Origin: a virus
Lineage: Duplodnaviria; Caudoviricetes
Direction: 5' to 3' (one strand)
IMG/VR virus record: IMGVR_UViG_3300044846_001238
Coordinates: 1-55,311 of that record
Length of the DNA stretch: 55,311 nucleotides
The notes under the pieces were generated by a model. It saw only the letters and a program-made list of their open reading frames with translations. It was not told the DNA's origin and made no database searches. The position numbers and the translations under genes were made by a program. Each line of letters starts with the position of its first letter. The stretch's first letter is position 1. Positions 39,515-49,100 of the stretch are shown in pieces.

Positions 39515-39817
39515 CTAGTTTTGTTGGTTTGATTCTTTGGCGTGTTTGATTCTAGCTTCCAACCAGTATTCAGGAATCTCTGTGCCTTTGTTTCTTTTTT
39601 GCCACTCGTAGCTCCAGTCGTTCTCTTCAAAAGTTGGAGGACGCTTGTACCAAACTGGATCCCAACCTTCTCGCTCTCTGTACTCTAGGCGAGCATCTTC
39701 AAAGCCAAGCTCCATATAAAACTGAAGCAACTGCTCCGAGGTCATTTCAGACCAGACAACTTCTTTTGTAATATCGCCGTCTTTTGTTCTAATGTTGATA
39801 ATTACTTTTTCACTCAT
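39515..39817 (-). CDS. Small hypothetical protein (100 aa), paralog family
   Basis: Start re-assigned to ATG 39817 (MSEKVIINIRTKDG), which overlaps the upstream stop as ATGAGTGA. SEMTSEQLLQFYMELGFEDARLEYRER resembles the family motif. Confidence 0.75.
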   Translation of the reverse strand: MSEKVIINIRTKDGDITKEVVWSEMTSEQLLQFYMELGFEDARLEYREREGWDPVWYKRPPTFEENDWSYEWQKRNKGTEIPEYWLEARIKHAKESNQQN

Positions 39818-40064
39818 TGCTGTTGTCTTCCTTCTTTTTCTTTTTCTTTTGAGATTTCTTCCACTTAGCATACCTCTCGACGTCTTTATCAGACATCTCT
39901 TCTAAAGGTTTGTACGGGTTAAATCCTATACGAGATTTTAGCTCATCAATAGCTTCTTCTGCGCCCATAGATGCGTAGACGTCTAGTTGCTCTTCAGACA
40001 GGGTTTTGACATCAATATCAACTACCTTGCTAGTGCCGTCAGCTAGAGTGAAGTGAACCTTCAT
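39810..40064 (-). CDS. Small hypothetical protein (84 aa), paralog family
   Basis: AAGGA RBS. KTLSEEQLDVYASMGAEEAIDELKSRI; Lys-rich tail. Confidence 0.8.
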   Translation of the reverse strand: MKVHFTLADGTSKVVDIDVKTLSEEQLDVYASMGAEEAIDELKSRIGFNPYKPLEEMSDKDVERYAKWKKSQKKKKKKEDNSNE

Positions 40065-40089
40065 TTTCGTCCTTACTATTGATTAATCT

Positions 40090-40098
40090 AGTATAGCA
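40090..40098 (-). promoter_or_regulatory. Extended -10 promoter TGCTATACT for the two small genes
   Basis: TGnTAnnnT consensus in the 43-bp gap after the 3075-aa gene. Confidence 0.55.
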
Positions 40099-40107
40099 AA
40101 AAATAGA

Positions 40108-43100
40108 CTACTCAATACCAAGTCGGTTGTCAAGTTCAGCTAAAGCTAGCCTAATCTTAGGGGTAGGATCGGGGTCTAAAGCTCCAGAAGAACCTAGGCT
40201 ACTCATGCCTAAGTAGGCAAATAGTCTGTTTCTATCTTCAGGAGATAGCTCGGTTAGTCCTGTTCCAGACTCTAGCATAGCTAAGATTTGTAGAAGACCT
40301 AATCTGCTAGTTTCGTCCCTTTGACGCTTAGCGTTAGGGTTAGCTTGCAAATCAGCAATTTCTCTATTAGTCATCTCGATTTCGCCGTTAACATCAGCAT
40401 CAGTAGCAAACCTAAACGGAACGATTCTCTGCATGTAAGGAGTTTTTAAAGACAGCTTAAGTGACTTTATGTAAGAAAGCTTTCTTTCCATAAGATCTCT
40501 ATTGAACTTAGAATAGTAGTCTTCTCCAGATGGGCTGACTTTTTTGTCTACAACAGGACCATCGGCGTCCTGTTCATTAGACTTATTAAAGTCTTCGGCA
40601 GTGAGACCCATCTTTAATCCCATTTCTATTAGCTCTTCTTCTGTGGCGTCAGGATTTTCGTCTCTTAGAATAAGCATAGATGCATTTTTTAGAGCTTCTG
40701 GCGTTATGTAATTAGCTAGTCCGCCAAAGTCTATTCTACGCTTGGCTCTGGTTCCGGAAACGTACCAGCCGTTAACCTCCTGCCTATTTATGGCCTTGTT
40801 AATCTTTTCTTGCTTTTCTTTTGCAAGACGTTCTTCTTGTTGTTCGTCGGTTTCACCTTCTAGCTTTTCTGGCTTAGCTTTAGCAACACCCTCTTCTTCT
40901 GGTTCGTATGTAGGATCCCAGTCTTTCCAAAGTCTAACGTTCTCTTGCTCTAGACCCTTAGCTGTGTGTGAAGTAAGGAACTGAACTGCAGCGTCTGATC
41001 CGCTAAGGGCGTTGTATACCGCAAGTATTTCATTCTTTAGGGATACCTCATCGGTTGAGTCAATAGCTTTAATCCACTCAGCCGCACGGTACATTTTACC
41101 AGTTTCCTGTCTGTCTGGAACCATTTCGGTGCTTCTTTCAAAACCTAGGCTTTCTAGAAGAGGAGCGTTTTCAAACAAAGGAGACTTTTTGCCTTCTCTT
41201 CTGTAAGATCCAGGTTTCTTAGCTCCACCCGGCAGGATTACCAAATTACCGTCTCTAACAGAATAAGCAATTTCATTACCAAAGAATCCGTTTAGACCTA
41301 CTTCTTCTGGCATCTTATAGTCATTGTTTACAATCCTATAATCATTTATTCTTCTAGATAGTTCGATAAGAGCAGGTCCAGGAAGTAACCTTCTACCTTT
41401 AGTTCCTTTTTCTGGGTCGGCCGGTCCTCTTAGTTTACTCATCAAACTAAAAATAACCCTAGTGTCTTCGTCAGCAGTGCCAGCTTTAATTGCTGCTTCG
41501 ATGCTTCCCCATGTAGCTCCAATCAAATCCGCTGGCCTTACAACAGGTGGTTTTGCATTTTCAATTCTAGACCTAGTAGCTTCAACTTCACCCGCTAATT
41601 TCATATAATCTTCAATCTGCGTAAGAGTTAGACTTCTGTCTTCTCTCTTAGATAGAGATTCAATTGCATTTTTAAGCTCTAACTTAGCTTCTCTAATTTC
41701 ACTAGCTGTAGTCATAGGAGTGTAGATTGGAGCTCTTGGATTTGTTCTGTCAACTCTAACTAAAATAGGCTCTTTAGTTGTTGGGTCTATACCTCTATAG
41801 GCAACTTTAAGTTCTTCATATGCGGCTTTTAGTTTAGGAGCTTCTACAAGAAGAGCAGCTGCAGCTTCATTGAGTTTTCGTAACTTAGCGTTGTTTAGGT
41901 CGTCATAGTATAGATATTTCATAGTGTCTACGTGAGCAGACACTCTTTGCTTAAGTCCTGCAGTGATAGCAAAATACTTACCGTCATAAAAACTTTCGGT
42001 TTCTAGATCAAGAGTCGCGTCTAAGATACCAGCGTTAGTTCTAGTAATTAAGAACATGTCATCTAGCAGCATGGTGTTAGGCTCAAAAATCTCTCCAGAC
42101 TCGTTAACCGCGCTTTGAAGGAATATTAGTGAACCTAGTGCTTTTAGTATGTCATTAGCTGGCCCTAAAATTTCTGGTGAAGACCTTCTGTTGACTGTCA
42201 ATGGGAACTCAGCGTCAGCTACTAACTCATTAAGAGCGTTAGCGGTACCACTAAATCCAAAAATACTTTGATTCGTATCTCCTACAGTAATAAATTGGAT
42301 ACCGTTACCTTTTTGACGCTTCATAATGTCAATAAACACAGGGTTTAGGTCCTGAGCCTCATCCAACATAATAACGTTAGGTATTTTAGGTAGACCTAGT
42401 TCACTGGTGACGCCGCCTCTCGGGCCAACTGTAGCTGAAGATAGGTCTATATTACCTAGAGACCAGTTCTTTACCATGTGTTGCTCTCTAACAACTAACT
42501 GACGTTTGTTTGGGTCGTGCGGAGATAGAATGTCTTGCCAAAAATCTTGTGCAATTAGTGCAAGTTGCTCTATAAATACTCCTTCATTTCTAGAAGCATC
42601 TTCTGGAATGTCAACTATATATTCCTCACTGTAACTGAAATCATCGCCTTCAATTTCTACAGGAGTAGTTCCCTCGTTAAAAATCTCGACTATTCTTCCG
42701 TCGACATCTTTTCTTACATAGCGCTTTCCGATAAATACTCCGTCTTCGCCAACAAGCTCGCCTACTTTAAGAGAGAGTGGGTCAAGATCATTTATGTCCT
42801 TATCCTTGCCGACAGTTAAGAACTTACGCGCTCCTGGCGACCAGCTTGGGTTAAGAGAAAGCATATTTAAAAAGTCTTTAAAATGCTTTCTAGAAATTTC
42901 TGTATCTGCAGAGTTAACCCAGTTTTCTAGACCATCATATGCGAGTCTTGCTAAATCTACACCGCGCAGGTAAACACCGTATTGCTCTTGTATAGCGTCG
43001 CCATACTGATCTTCGAGGAAGAAGCTTTCCGCAATGTCATACGCTGAGTAGCGTATGGTCATACCTTCACTATCGCCAAGCTGTTTAGGAATAGCATCGT

Positions 43101-46100
43101 ATTTTCTTCTCAGTTCTTGGTTTGGCTTAACTCCCATAGCAACAGAGTGTAGAGTTCTAGCTGCAATGTTTTTAACGCCATCTAGTCTAGCTTCAGCTTC
43201 TTCTTGGTTTTCCTTACCGAAAACCATGTACAGTAGGTTCTTGTCTGGGTTCATCGCCGCATAGACATATGCTAGAACCTCTAGCATGGTAGTTTTACCT
43301 GTACCCGCAAGCGCGTTTACAATTAAATCCGGTCTATTGTCAGATAAAGCTGCCTTAAGAATATTTTCAAGCTCACTGGTTAGTTGAACTTTAGGCATAT
43401 ACCTATTAACTAGAGATAAATTAAGAACAGTTTTGTCATATTTTTCAGTTACTAGTTTAGGAGTTTTTTTCTTAGCATCTACAATAGGGCCTGCAGAGCT
43501 AGAAGCACTCTGCTCAGCGGTAGGTAGAGCCTCAGGAGTGTCTTTGTTAGCCTTTACTATGTTTTGCTGTTCTCTAGAGTTAACAAGCATTGAAATCAGG
43601 TTGTTTAGGGCAACACGAGGATATGAGTCACTTTTAATGCTGCTTTTTACGGCATTAGCAAAATCCCTAGACAAAGCCTTAGAAGCCAACAACTCGTCTA
43701 CCAAATCTAAAGCGGTGTCTTTGTTTTCTTTTTCAGAAACCGGCACTCCCGCATACGGAAGAACGGAAATTTCATTTACTGGAACCTTGTAAATCTTTTC
43801 GCCATTTTTAATAATGCCTACTCCGATACCATTAAACCCAGAGAAAGTTCCTGCCTCGTTGTCGCCTAGAGAAGAGTGAGTTACAGTCATTCCCAAATCT
43901 AAAGCCATACCGTTTTTAGAGACAATAGCTTCGGTAGCGTTGTATAGGATTGAAGGCTTAACTTTTTGAAGAGTAGTTCTACCAGAAGATAGATACTCAG
44001 CCGCAGGGAACTCAACTAGAACTAAACCTTCTCCAGTAGATCCGTATGATCTACCAATCTGATTTGTTAAAACGTTTAGAACGTAGCTACCTGCCCCGAG
44101 CTCAGAAACTACTCTGCTGGCTGGCATTGTTGAAGTTCTGTCTTCAGGTCTTTCAACCACTCTTCTGCTAGCTATTTCTTCTAGTGAACTGAGAATTTGA
44201 TTAGACGCTTCAGCAGAGTTTGAGTCTGCAGATTGTCTATTTTTATCCAAGATGTTGTTGACAAACATAGCATAGTCAAATAGTTTTCTACCAAGCAGGT
44301 AGTCAGCAACTTGATTCTTATATTCTTCGCTTGCTGTTGCGTACTCAGAGTCTGACCAGCCATTCTTAGAACCCTCAAAGTCAAAAGTTCTGCCCTTATC
44401 GGATTTTCCTTCAGCAGCAAAATCAAGTATTTTACCTAGGATTTCCAAAGTAGATACAACGTCAGCATCCGCTTCGTGACGTCCGTTGTTAGATAGACCG
44501 AAGTATGTCACCAAAGCTTCTAGGCTGTCTGACGGTACTTGGACACCATATTTACCTTGGCTAGGGAAATCGCTCAACCTAAATGGTGCGTTAGGGGTGC
44601 TTGCTGACCATCTAGGCATGACGTACTTAGATAGACCGAAAGTGTCAATAAAGCCACCAAACTTGTACTGAGGCAGTCCTGACTCTAGTAGGGTTCTGTT
44701 TAGTACTTCCATATCAAACATAAATCCATTGTGACCAACTAGCACGGCACCCTCAGGAACCATGTCTAAAAAGTCTTGCATAGCATTTAGTTTGCTCTTT
44801 TGATCCTGCAAAAACTCTTTAGTTACTTTTTTGCCAGTGCCGTCACCAATAGTGTTCATAGTGAACTGGCTAAGCTGGGATTCTGGATTTATGTATGAGT
44901 TGTATTGCTCTTGAATTGCAAAGTTGAATGCTTTTGCGATAGCAAGCTGAATAGGGTCATTTTTGATTTCAGGGGCGTCAACGTCGAAAATACCTGTTGT
45001 TTCAAAGTCAAAAACGTATAGAACTAGCTTAGAGATAAAATCTCTAACCTGCTCCCAATCAGACATGTTTCTAAGTGGCTCCAGTGCTTCACCTGCGAAA
45101 GCCGGTGGAGTAAATCTTTTCATGTTTGGCTTAGGAGAGTTGATGTCAATTTTTCTATCAACAATCGGACTGTCTTCCATGTCCTGGCCAGCAGTATATG
45201 CCCCGACCAAGTCAGAGACTACAATAGAAGCCGCGTCTTCTAGGTTACGTAGAGTTTTTTCTTTAGGGTTTCTTATTTTACCGTAGCTGTAACTAGCTGT
45301 TGGTATGTTAGCTAAGGCAGTACCAATAAGTTTTACTCTGCGATCAAACTCAGCTGGAGACTGTTGCATAATATTTTTACGTCTACCATCTAGAGCACCT
45401 CTAAGTGATGAAAGTTCCTCAATCGCTTGTTGAACAAAGCGCTTACCATCAGAGTTTAGTTCCCTATTAGATTTCTTTAACATCTCTCTTAGCTGCTTTA
45501 CAACAGCATCGATGTCTATTCTAGTAGCTTTAGCAGCCTCTTGTCTGGCTAACTTAGCTCTTAGTGCAGCCTGCTGCTCTTCATTAGTTCCTAGGTTGTC
45601 ATCTAAGTTTTCCGCAGCACTAGATAGTGCCTCAATAATAGGTGTCCACCAAGGATCTAGTCCGTGTCTTTCAACCAACGTCGGTAGGAACTTGTTACTG
45701 GATTTATTTCTAAGTTTTTGAAGATCTTCTGCAGGGAAGTCGGCTCCAACGTTAGCATCTAGCGGAGCATAGGAGTCAGGTACAATAAAGTTACTCGGTC
45801 TTTTTAAATCAGTAAGATCTAATCCATTACGCATCGCGTACTCAAAAACTAATAGATCGAAATCTTCTTCGTATCTTCTAGTTACATCTATGAGTTTTGC
45901 AAACCACCTTTTATCTTTTGTTTTGTAGTTTTGCAGTAGGAAGTCGGAAAGAGCTTTTGGAAATGCTCCCTTAGCTAAGCTACGCTCAACGGATGCTAAC
46001 TGCTTAGCTGAAGGTCCGCCTTCTTTTTCTGGAATAGCCTGAGTAAATACTTTTGGAACAAACTTTTCTAGTTTTTCTTGTCCCCAAAGTGCATTAAAGT

Positions 46101-49100
46101 CATACCACTCATTAATTGGCATTTTTCGGTGGTTTTTCATAAAATATCTAAGTGCGGCTGGACTTATATCATAGTTATCAATAACTTGCTTAGCCTTTAC
46201 CATTATTGATTTAGTAGGTGCTTTAGTACCGACTAAGTCTGTACCAAGAGGGGCATATTCAGACTCAGGAATGTCATCTAGCCCTCTTCCTTCAGCAATT
46301 TCAATAGCGGTAATGTCAATAGTCTCGGTAATGTCAGTAGTCTCAGCACCGTCGACAGCTTTTGGCTTTGCTCTGTATAGCTTATACTGAGCAATCTTTT
46401 CATTCATCTTGCTCTGAGAATATTTGTGCATTCCTGCTAAGTCGTTTAGACTTTCTTGTATTTTGTCTTCAGGGACGTTTCGGTCTCTAATTAGAGTTTT
46501 TAAAAACTTTCTTTGATCCGGGCTTCCTGTTACACCTTCTTCAGCAGTACGCTGGATAGCAATTGCTGACGCACGATTAAGTGTGTCTTGCACTTCCTTA
46601 AAACCATAGTTGTCTAGGTTATTAGCTATTTCATATAGTCTGTCAACAAGGAATGCGTCGTCAACAATAGCGTAAAAAGCTAGAAATTTTAATCTGTTCT
46701 TAATTTTATCAGAAAGAGGGTTGGAAACATCCTTAGGGTCTTTCTTACCTTCTGTTATTTTAGGGTCTGGACCGTCTCCGGTAAGAATAGGGGTTTCGGT
46801 TGCAGGTGTCTCTGAAACACTGGCCTTACCACTCTTTAGTTCTGCGTCTCGTCTTAGATTTTCTTCAGTCGGCAGAACGCCTGAACCGCGATATACAGAA
46901 ACAGGCTCGTCTTTCTTGACTCGTATAAACCCACCTGCTACACCCTCGCTATCACCCTTGAAGTAGATACCTAGGCTGTCTGGTTTATCAGGGTTTTCTT
47001 CTATTCTTAAGATTTCCTGAGGGACTCCGTTTTCACCAACTATAGCGTCAGAGACGATTACTTCACTACCTAGAACCTTTTTTACGTCTTTAAAAGTTAG
47101 TCCGCGTTTTACGTTACTTCCTCGGTAGTTGTTAAGGACAGCATTGATTTGCGCTAAAAATGAACTTCCTTCATATGTAGGAGCAAACCTAAACTGATCT
47201 ATTTTAGCTTGTAAGTTTGCGTATTCCGCTGGCGGTACCTTATAGTTCGATAGATTCGCAATTGCTCTACGAATTTTTTCTCTCTGCTGAGGGTAAATTA
47301 GAGATCCCTTTGGGTTCACATCTGCAAGACCACCGTGATATAGGTTGTAGTACAGAGTTGCTAAATCTTTTACAGTAAACTCTTGAGGATAGTCATGCAT
47401 CTCATCCCATAGATCGACTGCCTCGGGCAAGCCTTTTCTTCTTAGTAAGTCTTTATCAAGTGACATGTAAAATCCAGAGTTTTGTATTTCAGATAGGATT
47501 ACACCCTCTCCTACACCCTCTACACCAAGCTTAGCCTCGTATCCTCCAGCATTGAGAACATTTTTAGTTTGGGCGGCCTTTTCAATCTTTGCAGCGATAT
47601 CTTCGTTCAAAGGCTCCAAAAACTTTTTGCGTTCAGGTAGCAGGGAATCCTTGTCTACAGGTGCTTTATCAGCAACATCGCCGGCTGCCATTCTGTCAAC
47701 GATAGGTAGGTCTTCATCTTCTTCGTAGCTACGAGTAAATCTTTCAACACTATCCCAACTAAAGACTGAAGCAATGTAGTGTCCAGTTCTGTTGGAGTAG
47801 ATGTTCATTGTTCCAGGAGTAATTAGCGGGGCATCTCCAACATATCTTTCACCAGTTTCAATATCCAGTGTGTCAACAGATTCTGTTCCAACAGATAGGT
47901 CACCATACTCGGCTACATATAGGCCGTCGACTGAGAGGAACGTGTTAGGCTGCTCTGTCTGTCTCCAAGTTCTAGGTAGAGATTGGATAGGGTTAAATCC
48001 AGGCAGTTCTGTGTCGTCTTCTGTTTCGTCTTCTTCTAGCACTTCTTCTTGCACTTCAGGAAGTTCGGCAACTACCTGTGGTTGAGCAACTTCTTCAATT
48101 GGCTCGTTTTCAGCGTCTGGATAGTTAGTGTCTTCTGCAGTAGTCATCTGCTGAACTCCGGACCAGTCCTGAGCGTATCCAACTACTTCTTCTTGACCAC
48201 GCTTTGTAGAAATAAGCTCATAAACAGGCTTATCTCCCTCTAGAGTGTCAGTACCCTTAGTGTTTAGTACTGTTGCTCCAAATTTATCCCGAGCCTCGGC
48301 TACGCGGTTTTCTAGAGCTTCAGTTACTCCGTTATACATAGCCAAACGGTAACCGTCTCCAGTTGCATAGTTTTGTGCTGGCTTTACGTTAGTGCTTAGC
48401 AGAGCTGCTCCAGCGGCTGATTCGGTTGTGTACCAGCTTGTAGGGAGGTCCTTACGAATCATGTCTGCAATGTCAATAAAGTTTACGCCTAGTCCAGGCC
48501 CTACTGGAGAAGACTTTTCGATAGCTTCGGCTGGAAGAATGGCCTTGAAGAACTTAGTCATGTCTGACGGAACGGTATAGATGCCAGGAGTGATTCCAGG
48601 AACATCGGTGATTTCTAAATCGATACCCTTAGGGTCGTTCTCAGGAATACCAGCAATCTTACCAACCACAGAGATAATGTTTCCCATAGGCATTTTGACG
48701 TATAGACGAGCTCCGCCACCCATCTCGGCGAACTGACCTTCTTCGTCACGACGCTGCCCTTCGGCACGCATCTTTCTGTGCCAGAAGCTGTTCTTACCGG
48801 CGTACGGATCACCAAAAGCAAGAATTGGTCTAATACGTAGGTCGCTAGGGATTTGGTCTCTTACAGAGCTTAGACGGATCATGTTGTAGTGGAAATCTAG
48901 GCTGTTAGGGTTGCTACCATAAACAGCAGCAACAATAGCTCTGGCGTTCTCGTCTGTGATTCTAGGGTCTGAGGCAATCCATTCAGCCCGTAGCTGACGT
49001 AGCTCTAGTGAGGAGAACTCGTGGGCTGCAGTTGAGTTAGGGTGGTTTACAGGAAGTAGGTCTGTGTGCTTAGCCACTGTTTCTGAGATATTTCCCTCAG

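Noticed and set aside
39818-39871. N-terminal extension of ORF 39515..39871
   Set aside because: It overlaps the Lys-rich tail of the upstream gene. ATG 39817 gives a coupled start and aligns with the paralogs.
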